This document shows positions 29,006 to 42,200 of a stretch of DNA of 64,000 nucleotides, piece by piece. The position numbers and the translations under genes are program-made. The DNA is taken from positions 111,724,001 to 111,788,000 of the forward strand of contig OX597821.1 of the NCBI GenBank assembly GCA_951406725.2. The letters are read 5' to 3'. Origin of the DNA: Octopus vulgaris. Its lineage: Eukaryota. Under the pieces are notes generated by a model, which did not search any database, was not told the DNA's origin, and worked only from the letters and a program-made list of their open reading frames with translations. Within the stretch, counting starts at the first letter, position 1. The number at the start of each line of letters is the position of its first letter.

Positions 29006-29259
29006 CAGTAGTTGCTGTTGTTGATGACGTTGTTATGGTGACGGAAGTAGCAAAAATGATAGTTGTGGTATCAGTGGTGGCGGTCGTTGTCATTGTTGTC
29101 GTAATGAATCGTGATGATGATGATGATGATGATGATGACGATGATGATGATGATGATGATGATGATGAAGATGATGATGGTAATGATGGTGATGATGATG
29201 ATGACGATGATGATGATGATGATGATGACGATGATGATGATGATGATGATGATGATGAA

Positions 29260-29293
<34 letters not shown>

Positions 29294-29855
29294 GTAATGA
29301 TGGTGATGATGATGATGATGATGACGATGATGATGATGATGATGATGATGATGACGATGATGATGATGATAATGAAGGTGATGATGAGGAAAATGGTGAT
29401 GATGATGATGATGATGATGACGACGATGATGGTTAGAGCGATTGCTCTGAACGGCGGCCTTTAGAGAAACAGAGTGTAAGAACTGAATGAGAAACAATTA
29501 TTGTCAATGCATCATCATGGCCGAATGTTTAAAAAGTTCATTTCGGAAACACGCGGTCAGGTTTTCGATTTCAACCCACTGCTTGATTCAAGGTTGACTG
29601 GGACCTTGCGAAAAAAGAAACTGTAAACACTTTTGTCGCAGACTACGTCTCATTGATCCTCCTTATGATTTATGTCAAAGGGGGCCCGTGTTTGTAGAAT
29701 ATACGGCCACTACGTGCCGTGAACCAAAGTGTAGATCGGTTAGCTGATCGAGGAAATGATTGCTCATCGTCGAAATCGACGGAGGATCTGTTCCTAGTGT
29801 CTGCCACTATTTTTACTGTTATTGTTGCTATCATATTCTTCTTCTTCTTCTTCTT

Positions 29856-29969
<114 letters not shown>

Positions 29970-30017
29970 GATGTTAGCATTGCTATCGCTCTTGTTGCTA
30001 AGTCTATTGTTGCTTCA

Positions 30018-30395
30018 TGTGGAGGCGCAATGGCCCAGTGGTTAGGACAGCGGACTCATGGTCGTAGGGTCGCGGTTTCGGTTCCCAGACCGGGCGTTGC
30101 GAGTGTTTATTGAGCGAAAACTCCTAAAGCTCCACGAGGCTCCGGCAGGGGATGGTGGCGAACATTGTTGTACGCTTTCACCACAACTTTCCCTCGAACT
30201 TTCTTCCTGTTTTTGTTGTACCTGTATTTCAAAGAGCCAGCCTTGTCACACTCTGTGCCACACAGAATCTCGCCGAGAAATACGTTAAGGGTACACGTGT
30301 CTATGGAGTCCTCAGCCACATGCAAGTTAATTTCGCGAGCAGGCTGTTGCGTTGATCGGATGAACTGGAACCCTCCTCGTTGTAACCGACGGAGT
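30018..30395 (+). mobile_element. SINE family C
   Basis: tRNA-like head GGCGCAATGGCCCAGTGGTTAGGACAGCGG...TTCGGTTCCCAGACCGGG, with a body shared with 16620. Confidence 0.85.
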
Positions 30396-30444
30396 GCCGT
30401 AGTAGTATTGTTGCTATTGTCGTTGCAGCCACTGCTGTTGCTGT

Positions 30445-30800
30445 TTGTTTGAGCGAAGCGGTCTTCGTCCCAGTGGGAGAAGTCCGAAACGTGGTCCTTT
30501 GCTATTCGTAAGACCCGCAGAAGAGAAAGCAGGTCAACCCCCGACACCGAGAGCATCGACGGATGGATGAATGCGCAACCAGGCTCAGCGGTTGCATAAG
30601 AAGTCGGGGGAAAGAAACAGGAAGAAAGAGTGAGAGAAAGTTGGAGCAAAAGAGTACAACAGGGGTCGCCACCATCCCCTGCCAGAGCCTCGTGGAGCTT
30701 TAGGTACTTTCGCTCAATAAACACACACAACGCCCGGTCTGGGAATCGAAACCGCGATCCTCCGACCGCGAGTCCGCTGCCTTAACCATTGCGCCTCCTG
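30445..30800 (-). mobile_element. SINE family C (inverted relative to 30018, different 3' region)
   Basis: Reverse complement of the same head and body at ~30615-30800. Confidence 0.8.
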
Positions 30801-31317
30801 CCGTTGCTGTCCTGTTGTTATCTGCGTTATTGCTCTCACTTTTGCTGTTGCTAATTTTATCACAGTTGTGGCTGTTGATAACTGTGCGGGTGGCGGCAGC
30901 GGCGGCGGTTATATCAGTTTTGTTGCTATTGTTGTCACACTAAATATTGTTGTTGTTATTGTACCATTGTTGCTATTCTTGTTATCAGGATGTTTTGTCA
31001 GTTTTTCTGTTGCTAATTCCATCACTGTTTTTATTGTTGGTGGTGGTGGAGGTGGTGGTGGTGGTGGTGGTGATGGGACCTCAATAATTTTTGTTGTTTT
31101 TGTTGTCAGCTTCCCAATCACGATTGCTGTTGTTGTTGTTGATGTTCGTTGTTCTAGCTTTCTCGCCTCATCTCCTGCCGATATCGTAAACAAGGTTAGC
31201 CAAGAGACGGTCATGTTACGCATCGCTTACCCAACCGTGCAATTAGGAAAACCGGCATGTTTCCGCTTTACAAGCTACCATGGAAACGGTGTTAATTGCC
31301 AAGTTGTTGCTGAGATC

Positions 31318-31318
31318 T

Positions 31319-31371
<53 letters not shown>

Positions 31372-31411
31372 GTCGTCATCATCATAATCGTCATCATCAT
31401 CACCATCATCG

Positions 31412-31452
<41 letters not shown>

Positions 31453-31603
31453 GTCGTCGTCATCATCATCATCATCATCATCATCGTCGTCGTCATCATC
31501 ATAATCGTCATCATCATCATCATCATCGTCATCATCATCATCATCATCATCATCATAATCGTCATCATCATCACCATAATCGTCATCATCATCACCATCA
31601 TCG

Positions 31604-31665
<62 letters not shown>

Positions 31666-31687
31666 GTCGTCGTCATCATCATAATCG

Positions 31688-31744
<57 letters not shown>

Positions 31745-31897
31745 CCATAATCGTCATCATCATCACCATCATCGTCATCATCATCATCACCATAATCGTC
31801 ATCATCATCACCATCATCGTCATCATCATCATCACCATAATCGTCATCATCATCACCATCATCGTCATCATCATCATCATCATCATCATCATAATCG

Positions 31898-31939
<42 letters not shown>

Positions 31940-31969
31940 CCATAATCGTCATCATCATCACCATCATCG

Positions 31970-32007
<38 letters not shown>

Positions 32008-32052
32008 GTCGTCGTCATGATCATCATTATCATCATCATCATCATCATCATC
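31318..32052. repeat. (ATC)n compound microsatellite with recurring ACC/GTC/ATA variant blocks
   Basis: Directly visible; it produces the poly-Ile and poly-Met ORFs. Confidence 0.95.
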
Positions 32053-32288
32053 GCTGATATTGTCATGTATAGTGAAGGGTGGTTCATTCCAGCCGCCACG
32101 TATCTAACCGCTCATCATCTCCTTTACAAGCCACTTCTCATCATTTCTCTACTAATTACTGTTGCATCTTCTGTTTACCTCTATGGTGCGTGTGTGTGGG
32201 GGGGAGGGGTTAGTGTATATATGCATATATGTGTGCATGCATATATGTGTGTGTGTGTGTGGATAAATAAATAGACAGTCAGACAGAC

Positions 32289-32401
<113 letters not shown>

Positions 32402-32448
32402 TGCATATACAAGATGCGAGAGTTATTTAGCAATCCAATAAAACAACT

Positions 32449-32860
32449 TCATCTTTGCAAAAACCAAATGTATTTTGTATAAAATTCTTGATAAGTTTTC
32501 TTGTTAGAATATTCCATGAATTCTCCTCCAGCTTCGATTAACGCTTCAGTGCAGAACCGGAATCGTAGACATCCCTGCACTAAGTGGTTCTTATTCATCT
32601 CCGTCATCACCTGGAAAATGGCGGCCTTTATTGAAGCTGTAGCTTGAGGATCTCGATGTGTCTCTCTTTCAGCAACGCTCTCTGCGTTGAACTCCATAGG
32701 ATTTAGATCTGAAGAGTTTGTAGACTGCAAGTTTGGTGTTGTAGGATCGTAAAGACTACCTGGCATCCATTGTGATAAGTGTTTGAGTTTTGTTGAAACA
32801 CGTACGCACGTATGGCCTTCCACTGCATACTTCATCCGTCCAAGGCTTAACAACTGTTTC
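32449..32860 (-). pseudogene. Decayed Tc1/mariner-superfamily transposase C-terminus (probably DD37D/maT-like)
   Basis: NSSDLNPMEFNAESVAERET...SIKAAI..VM..MNKNHLVQGCLRFR...EALIEAGGEFME resembles the WPP.SPDLNP.D...W...ER and AC..FR.R.EAVI.A.GG.IE motifs. Confidence 0.75.
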
Positions 32861-33358
32861 CAACACCTTAAATCTGTCGATCCTCATCCGACCCAACCTG
32901 GTGAATTGGCTGAGCTTTTAGAAGGTCGGTTAAAGCGCGTTGTGATATGTTTTCTGGTTGTTTTTATATTTTCATTGCAAACATTGCGATGACGCTGGAG
33001 CCAAGTTGAACTGGGCAAACTCAGGCGTTTTTCTTGGTAAAGAATCGGTGATGAAGAGAGAAAAGACTTACGGGTTTTGTGCCAAAAATTTAAAACCATT
33101 ATTTAGCTAAAAGGGGTGTTGAGATTATGTAATCATTAGAGCGTCGAACAAAATGCTAAGCGATGTTTCTTCCGGCTTTTTAAATTCTAGCCTCAAATCC
33201 TGCCAACATCAACTTTGCTTTTCATGCTCCAGAATCGAAAACATAAAGTACCTTTCAAGAATTGGAAACGAAGGCGTTGACTGACCCAGAGGATCTCAAA
33301 CCATTTTTTGCATATGAACCCCTCTACTGAACCCTCATGTTAAAAGAAATTTTATTAT

Positions 33359-33522
33359 AGGCACAGGAGTGGTTATGTGGTAAGTAGCTTGCTTACCAAC
33401 CACATGGCTCTGGGTTCAGTCCCACTGCGTGGCACCTTGGGCAAGTGTCTTCTACTAAAGCCTTGGTCCGACCAAAGCCTTGTGAGTGGATTTGGTAAAC
33501 GGAAACTGAAAGAAGCCCGTCG

Positions 33523-33604
<82 letters not shown>

Positions 33605-33840
33605 TGTGTGTGACGTGTGAGGACGTGCGTGCGTACGTGTGTGTGTCTGGGTTTGTTCCCCCACCATCGCTTGACAACCGATGTTGGTGTGTTTACGTCC
33701 CCGTAACTTAGCGGTTCGGCAAAATAGACCGATAGAATAAGTACTAGGCTTACCAAAGGATTGGGGGCGATTTGTTCGACTAGAGGTGGTGCTCCAGCAC
33801 GGCTGCAGTCAAATGTCTGAAACTAGTAACATAATAAAAG
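33359..33840 (+). mobile_element. Full-length SINE family B
   Basis: Same head, body and tail as 12658. Confidence 0.85.
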
Positions 33841-34079
33841 GATATATTTTCATAATTCAATTGCATTTACATTTAAGTATTGCATTTACAAAAAAGAAAT
33901 TGCCAAAATATTTATTGCTCATAAACTTTCGGCAAGCAGCTGTTCGATCAACAGGACGACCCACTCTTTGAATTAACAACAGAAGTGGTTGAGTATTCCA
34001 AGAGATAATTAATGTGGCATAGTGTGTGAGTAGGTTGGATTTGTTTGAAAAACGAGTACAATCCGTCCGAAAGGTTTCC

Positions 34080-34325
34080 GAACAGTTTCTGACGATCGAA
34101 TTTCATTCAGAAAGTCTAGGTCGACACGACACTGTGGTAAAGACACTTGCTTGTCAAAAAGAGTCTGCGCAGTGAAGCAAGAGGAAGTGAACGCGGAACC
34201 ACTTGGTTGTGAAGTCATTTCCTCTTGCTTCACTGCGCAGACTCTTTTTGACAAGCAAGTGTCTTTACCACAGTGTCGTGTCGACCTAGACTTTCTGAAT
34301 GAAATTCGATCGTCAGAAACTGTTC
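34080..34325. repeat. Perfect 107-bp inverted repeat with a 32-nt spacer
   Basis: 34080-34186 is the exact reverse complement of 34219-34325 (compared by eye). Confidence 0.95.
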
Positions 34326-35033
34326 ACCTTTTTCTTTTTTTTTCTTTGTTTTTTTCATAAGACTTCATCCAACCGTAATTCTGCTGGGACGAAGCGCCAC
34401 CATGACCACTACCAGGACAACGACGACGATGGCGGCGACTATCACCACCACCACCACCACCACCATCAATACCGATAAAGACAACTCCTGCAGCAACAGC
34501 TGCAGCTGCAAAAACTGCAACAGTAACATGCACAACAGAAATAATTCTTTTCTATATTTTGAGACAAGAACAGCTATTTTGAGGGGATGGGGCAGTGCTC
34601 AACTTGTACTCATTTTGCCATCCTCGAAAGGGATGACTGACGAAGTCAACGTCGGCAGCATTTGACAACATTTGAACTCAAGACGTAACGGATGAGTCAG
34701 AAGAAATTCCGCTAAGTATTTCGTCTCATTCGCTAACGATTCTGCCACCTCAACGCCTTCTACAACAACAACAGCAGCAGCAGCAGCAACAACAACAACA
34801 ATAACAACAACAACAGCAGCAGCAACAGCAATAACAACAACAGCAGCAACGTTTTCAGTCGTAAATTTCAATTCGCCTAAATGAAAAGAAAATGAAGGAA
34901 AATGGCGGCTTTAACACATAAACTAAAACTCGCTAAATTATTTGAAGAATGTTGGTAAGTTATTGAAATGAAACGTAGAGAAATTTTTATATCATATTTC
35001 TTTTTCCTAGAAGCAAAATAGGATATATATATA

Positions 35034-35146
<113 letters not shown>

Positions 35147-35318
35147 CCGAGTAAATAAACAAGTAAAGAGAAAGAGGAAAATTTTCCTTGTCCTCGGCAA
35201 CCTTAAAATATGCAAATTCGGAATGCTGAACATATAATATGGCCGCTGACCCATGTATGTATGTATGCATGTATGCGTGTATGCGTGTAAATTAATGTGT
35301 TCGTGTCTATATGTGTGC

Positions 35319-35365
<47 letters not shown>

Positions 35366-35392
35366 CATACATACACACGCACATATATATAC

Positions 35393-35436
<44 letters not shown>

Positions 35437-36197
35437 GAACATACATACACACTCACACACACACACATACACACATATATATATATATGTACATACATAT
35501 ATAAATATATATATACTCATACATACATTGAAACTTGTCCCTTCCGTGCTTCCGCGTTCTCTTGCTCATTGCTTTCTTATACACACACATACGTGTGTGT
35601 GTGAGCTTGTGTGTATGTATGTGCGCGTGTGTACGTGTAGGTACGTCTATGCGTTTGTACATGTATGTGTTTGCGTATATATTTCCTTTACTGTTCTCTT
35701 ATTGTATTAGTGGAAATGTTTCCCAGTAAACTGTTTTAACTGTACACCAACGAAAACATGATTTATTTATAAGTTTCCACTGCTTAGAACAAGGAACGAT
35801 GCGAGGAAAATGTCATCAAAATAAAGCTTCGTTCGTGATTTTAACCAATTTAATGTCATTTTGACAAGTCTTAATTGAAATTCGACCTTGTTTTTATTTT
35901 ACTTTATTTTACTTTATTTTATTTTATTTTATTTTTCTTTCGTTTTCCTTTTCTTTTTCCTTTTCGGAAAAAGAAATTCTTCGAAGTGATGTATGTGTAT
36001 TTGTCTGTGCGCATTCTCACGTATGTATATGATATATGCATGTATATATGTATGTATGTACGTACGTATGTACGTACGTATGTATGTATGTATGTATGTA
36101 TGTATGTACGTATGTATGTATGTATCTATGTATGTATGTATGTATGTATGTATGTATGTATGTATGTATGTGTTTAATATATATATATATACAAACT

Positions 36198-36253
<56 letters not shown>

Positions 36254-36386
36254 TATATACATATATCAAAGTTTAAAAAATAGGGGGAAAGAAACACAAA
36301 AAGCTGGGTGAAAAATTGAGGGCATGTAAAACAGGTTTTTATTTTCTCTCTCTCACTATACATACATACATACATACATACATACA

Positions 36387-36418
<32 letters not shown>

Positions 36419-36681
36419 CATACATACATACATACATGCGTGCATACATACATACATACATACATACATACATACATACATACATACATACATACATACA
36501 TACGTACATGCCTACTTACATACATACATACATATACATTTATATATACATATATACATACATATAGATATACATATATATATACATATACATATATAAA
36601 TATACGCTCACACACATACATATACATATATATATACATCTACATCCACGTGCATGCACATACACATATATACGCATATAC

Positions 36682-36799
<118 letters not shown>

Positions 36800-37176
36800 A
36801 TGTATGTATGTATGTATGTACGTATGTATGTATTATTTTGGTTTGTTTCTTTCTTTGCGTATGGTTGACGAGAAGATGAGCAAGAAGCACAAAATAGAAC
36901 GCAACCAGGATTCGGTTATATGATGAATGTGAGCAACATCTGTTATTTCATGTACGAGTTCCGACCAGCGTTTTCCACTTTCTTCTGGTTGCCTTAGAAC
37001 GATAGAAAATAAAATAGAAAATGCAAAGAAAGAAAAAAAAAACAAAAAAACAAGAGCTGAACCTCCTGTTGTTTACTTAAGTTTTCTTTGGTTAATTTCG
37101 TCTCTGGCAAACACAAGCAACGCTTCATCGACGCATCATTTTCCTTCTTTTCTTTTTATGTGTGTGTGTTTCCCCT

Positions 37177-39010
37177 TTCTTCTTCTTCTTCTTCTTTTTT
37201 TTCTTCTTCTTCTTCTTCTTCTTCTTCTTCTTCTTCTTCTTCTTCTTCTTCTTCTTCTTCTTCTTCTTCTTCTTCTTCTTCTTCTTCTTCTTCTTCTTCT
37301 TCTTCTTCTTCTTCACCTTCTTCCTTTTCTTCTTCTTTTCCTTCTCCTTCTTCTTCTTCTCCTTCTTCTTCTTTTTTTCTTCTTTTTCTTTTTCTTCCTC
37401 CGCCTCCTCCTCATCATCTTTTTCTTCTCTTCATCCTTCTTCTCCCCTCCTCCTCCTCCTCAACCATCACCACCTTTTCGTCCCCTCTTTCTTCTTCTTC
37501 TTCTTCTTCTTCTTCTTCTTCTTCTTCTTCTTCTCCTTCTTCTTCTTCTTTTTTTTCTTTTTCTTCCTCCTCCTCCTCCTCATCATCTTTTTCTTCTTCT
37601 TCATCCTTCTTCTCCCCTCCTCCTCCTCCTCCTCCTCAACCATCACCACCTTTTCGTCCCCTCTTTCGTCCCCTCTTCTTCTTCTTCTTCTTCTTCTTCT
37701 TCTTCTTCTTCTCCTTCTTCTTCTTCTTCTTCTTCTTCTTCTCTTCTTCTTCTTCTTCTTCTTCTCCTTCTTCTTTTTCTTCTTCTTCTTCTTTTTCTTT
37801 TTCTTCCTCCTCCTCCTCATCATCATCTTTTTCTTCTCTTCATCCTTCTTCTCCTCCTCCTCCTCCTCCTCCTCCTCCTCCTCCTCAACCATCACCACCT
37901 TTTCGTCCCCTCTTCGTCCCCTCTTTCTTCTTCTTCTTCTTCTTCTTCTCTCCTCTTCTTCTTCTTCTTCTTCTTCTTCTTCTTCTCCTTCTTCTTTTCT
38001 TCTTCTCCTTCTTCTTTTTCTTCTTCTTCTTCTTTTTCTTTTTCTTCCTCCTCCTCCTCATCATCATCTTTTTCTTTTCTTCATCCTTCTTCTCCCCTCC
38101 TCCTCCTCCTCAACCACCACCACCTTCTCGTCCCATCTTTCTTCTTCTTCTTCTTCTTCTTCTTCTTCTTCTTCTTCTTCTTCTTCTTCTTCTTCTTCTT
38201 CTTCTTCTTCTTCTTCTTCTTCTTCTTCTTCTTCTCCTTCTTCTTTTTTTCTTCTTCTTTTTCTTTTTTCTTCCTCCTCCTCCTCCTCATCATCTTTTTC
38301 TTCTCTTCATCCTTCTTCTCCCCTCCTCCTCCTCCTCCTCCTCCTCCTCCTCCTCAACCATCACCACCTTTTCGTCCCCTCTTTCGTCCCCTCTTTCTTC
38401 TTCTTCTTCTTCTTCTTCTCCTCCTTCTTCTTCTTCTTCTTCTTCTTCTTCTTCTTCTCTTCTTCTTTTTCTTCTTCTCCTTCTTCTTTTTCTTCTTCTT
38501 CTTCTTTTTCTTTTTCTTCCTCCTCCTCCTCATCATCATCTTTTTCTTCTCTTCATCCTTCTTCTCCCCTCCTCCTCCTCCTCCTCCTCAACCATCACCA
38601 CCTTTTCGTCCCCTCTTTCGTCCCCTCTTTCTTCTTCTTCTTCTTCTTCTTCTTCTTCTCCTCCTTCTTCTTCTTCTTCTTCTTCTTCTTCTTCTTCTCC
38701 TTCTTCTTCTTCTTCTTCTTCCTCCTTCTTCTTCTTCTTCTTCTTCTTCTTCTTCTTCTTCTTCTTCTTCTTCTTCTTCTTCTTCTTCTTCTTCTTCTCC
38801 TTCTTCTTTTTCTTCTTCTTCTTCTTTTTCTTTTTCTTCCTCCTCCTCCTCATCATCATCTTTTTCTTCTCTTCATCCTTCTTCTCCCCTCCTCCTCCTC
38901 CTCCTCCTCCTCCTCAACCATCACCACCTTTTCGTCCCCTCTTTCGTCCCCTCTTTCTTCTTCTTCTTCTTCTTCTTCTTCTTCTTCTTCTTCTTCTTCT
39001 TCTTCTTCTG
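37177..39010. repeat. 1.8-kb polypyrimidine (TTC/TCC)n tract with a higher-order repeat unit
   Basis: Marker CAACCAYCACCACCTT recurs 7 times (~37461, 37637, 37886, 38112, 38355, 38589, 38915). Confidence 0.95.
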
Positions 39011-39397
39011 TTTTAATTCTTTTGCCACTTCATTTGCTGCCTTTATTTCTTCTTCTTCTTCATTGAACATCTTCCCAGTCTCATCTTCGTAACACAAACT
39101 TTGTCTCTATCCTTTTTCTTTCTTCCTTCCTTCCTTCCTTTCGTTCTTTCTTTCTTTCTACATTTCATCATTACGTGATTGAAAAATATTCATTTGCGAA
39201 ACGGAATGAGAATCTTTGCAAAATGTATCAATCAAGCATTCACACAGTCTCACACTCACGCACACACACGCGCACACACACACACACACACGCACACACA
39301 CACACACATACACACACATACACATGTATATGCGCATGTAAGTATGAATTATGTATGTATATATCCACATGTGCTTACACATGCAAAGGAGTTCACG

Positions 39398-39452
<55 letters not shown>

Positions 39453-39539
39453 GCCACTGCTGCTGCTGCTGCTACTGATCTCACCCTGAAACAGTTTGAA
39501 AAGATTGTATGAAGGTAGATGGCGTTAGGATCGCTCTCT

Positions 39540-39750
39540 TGGCGGCGAGCTGGCAGAATCATTACTGCATCGGACAAAGTGCTTAGCGGCATTTCGTCCG
39601 TCTTTACGTTCTGAGTTCAAAATTCCGCCTAGGCTGACTTTGCCTTTCATTCATCCGAGGTCGATAATACAAGTACCAGCTGATCACTGGAGTCAATGTA
39701 ATCACCTTAACAACTCCCCTTCCCGAAATTGCTGGCCTTGTGCCAAAACG
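39540..39750 (+). mobile_element. SINE family A
   Basis: GGCGGCGAGCTGGCAGAA head and family core. Confidence 0.8.
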
Positions 39751-39829
39751 TGAAGTGGAAGTATACTTCTTTCTGCATCCCCAGAAGCTGTTACCTGTCG
39801 CTGAGACTGCTCCTTAAAGTTAACCCTGG

Positions 39830-40437
39830 TCATCATCATCATCATCCTAGTCAGCTGTCGCACTACGCGTTGCTGTGGTCATCACGATGTCTTGCCACCT
39901 TCTCCTGTCCTCTACCCCAGGGACAGCTGAGTATAAAGACAATCCTGTGGCTGCTATGTCTTTCAGCCAAGAAGTGGGGGTGGTCTGCCTCTTTTACGTC
40001 TGCCGTTCTCCTTGCCAGTTATGATCGTTCGCTCTCAAGTCCATCCCGGCGCATGACGCGGCCAAAGAACCGTAGCTCCCGCTTTATGACGTTTCGCCGA
40101 AGCGTCATCTCGCAACCGATCTTTTCTAGTACCCAGTTGTTCGTCCTTCTCTCCGTCCACGATAATCTAAGGATTCTGCGGTAACACCACATTTCAAAAG
40201 CACTCACTCTTTTCTCGTCTTCCTTCAACATTGTCCACGACTCGCAGCCGTACGTCGCAATAGAGAAAGCGGCAACCCAAAGTAGTATTATCTTCAGCAG
40301 CATTGACCCACCATGACTCTTCCAGATGTCCTCCATATCTTGTACCGTTTGCCTCGCTATCGCGAGCCTTCTCCGTATCTCTGGTGTACTTGATCCCCTG
40401 GTGCTGATTGTGGATCCCAAGTGCACAAAATCCCTGG
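39830..40437 (-). mobile_element. 5'-truncated RTE (BovB-like) LINE with a (GAT)n tail
   Basis: DFVHLGSTIS..GSSTPEIRRRLAIAR, ATYGCESWT, AFEMWCYRRILRLSWTERRTN, LRFFGRVMRR. 3' GATGAT tail at 39830-39846. Confidence 0.9.
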
Positions 40438-40467
40438 TAGGTGCGTGCAAATATATATCTCCCTAGG

Positions 40468-41052
40468 GTTGGTTGAGGACTTCTTGTATCTGGAAGTAAA
40501 GATTGGGAGCACCGATAGTGATATAGTTGAGAGGACGAGCAAAGCCTGGGCGGCATGCCACAGTTTGAGATCCCTATGGAAGTCGGACCTTCGTAGGGTC
40601 CAGAAGATCCGTCTCTTCATTGCTGCAGTGGAGTCTGTGCCGTTGTACGGGTCTGAGACTTGGACACTGACCAAGAAACTCACTCAGCTGGTGGATGGGT
40701 GCTACACGAGAATGCTAAGGATGGCTCTGAACATTAATCAGTACACACTGAAGATGAGAAACTCACAGCTGTATGAGAACCTCCCAATTGTTAGCTCGAA
40801 AATAACACAGAGGAGACTGTGGTTAGCTGGATATGCTCGCCGTCATTCAGAGTCCATACTGCACTCAGTACTCCTGTGGGAGCCCCTACATGGACATACT
40901 AGAAGAGGGAGACCGAGGGCGACATATGTTGATGCCCTAAAGACAGACACTGGTCTCTGAGAGTCACAAGACATGGCAGCGATGATGAGGGACAAAGACC
41001 ACTGGAGAGAACTCATCCATGGATCTCAGGAATTTTGCCCGCCCTTGATAGG
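40468..41052 (+). mobile_element. 5'-truncated RTE-group LINE of a different family
   Basis: EDFLYLE...DI..R..KAWAAC, ESVPLYGSETWTLTK, DGCYTRMLRMALNI, RRL.LAGY..R, LLWEP.HG...RGRP..TYVD.L..DTG. Confidence 0.9.
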
Positions 41053-41779
41053 TGTCTCCTTTCTCAATAGAAGGGAAATGACGGCGGTAATGCAATTTTA
41101 AGACTGATTACGTGCTGAAGAAGCAAGCCGGACAGGTGTTTTCTTATGCACTAGTACCACAGGGTATGGATTGCTGCAATACAAAGGCCAAAATGAAAAG
41201 TATTGGTAATGATGTTTGTCATTGATTCGTAGATACCATTGTGGCACAATTCTTGCAGTTAGTGAGGTCCGAGGTAATCATAAACGATATTGAATGGGTT
41301 AGAATCTCAATAACCACAGGAGTCCTTAATGTCCCCTCAGAATCCAGGGAATCATGCCGGGGCTGTGCCTCGACGAATGTGCAGAAGGAAAGGCCGTGAG
41401 ATTGATGGTGTGGAAAAGAAAGCCTTATTGCTGCATATATATCACTAAGTCTAACTTGAAAACTTTTTGCGCGGAGTTCGAGAGACAAAGAAGGAATCAG
41501 TAAGAAAAGCCACAAAAACAACAACAACGGAAATTGCCATTTTTTTCAAGGCAGCACTAGTTGTGGCTCCTAAAACTCTGGCAGACATCGCCTTGCCCTC
41601 AGTGTCAAGACCCGATGCAAATGGATACAATCTCCTCATGATAACCAGTAGCACCATTCCAACCGTCTTGTTATAATAAGGAAATGGAAAATGAATAGGG
41701 GCGGACTGTCTGGAAACATAAAGAAGAAACAGGACTCCAAATAATGTGACAAATAACGGGAGTAACACGACTGCAGTTC

Positions 41780-42200
41780 GAAGCACAGCGCCGAAAAAGT
41801 GCTGAGCAGTATTTCGTCTTTACGTTCTGAGTTCAAATTCCACCGAGGTCGACTTTGCCTTTCGTCCTTTCGGAGTCGATAAATTAAGTACCAGTTAAAC
41901 CCTAGGGTCTATGTGATCGACTTACCCCTCCCCCACCTAAATTTCAGGCCTTGTGTCTTTAATAGAAAGGATTATTATTATTATCACAAGGATGGCGAGC
42001 TGGTAGAATTGTTAGCACGCCGGACAGAATGCTCAGCAGAATTTCTAGCTCATTACGTCCTGAGTTCAAATTCCACCGAGGTCACCTTTACCTTTCGTCC
42101 TTTCTGAGTCGATAAATTAAGTAGGGGTTGAGTACAGGAGCCGATGTAATTGACTTAATCCCTTCACCCCAATTTCAGGCCTTGTGCCGATAGTAGAAAG
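41780..42200 (+). mobile_element. Two tandem SINE A copies
   Basis: Family core at ~41825 and ~42060. Confidence 0.8.

Noticed and set aside
28075-29497. Poly-Asp, poly-His and poly-Met ORFs resembling acidic biomineral or His-rich proteins
   Set aside because: Degenerate (GAT)n tracts like many others here (for example 43887-44575), with no signal peptide or splice support.
30868-32274. 468-aa poly-Ile ORF and the opposite poly-Met ORF
   Set aside because: (ATC)n microsatellite translation with no domain content.
34009-34360. Two similar ORFs on opposite strands
   Set aside because: A consequence of the perfect palindrome, not genes.
37088-39092. Three 630-640-aa ORFs
   Set aside because: Stop-free only because the (TTC/TCC)n tract lacks stop codons; open in all three frames.
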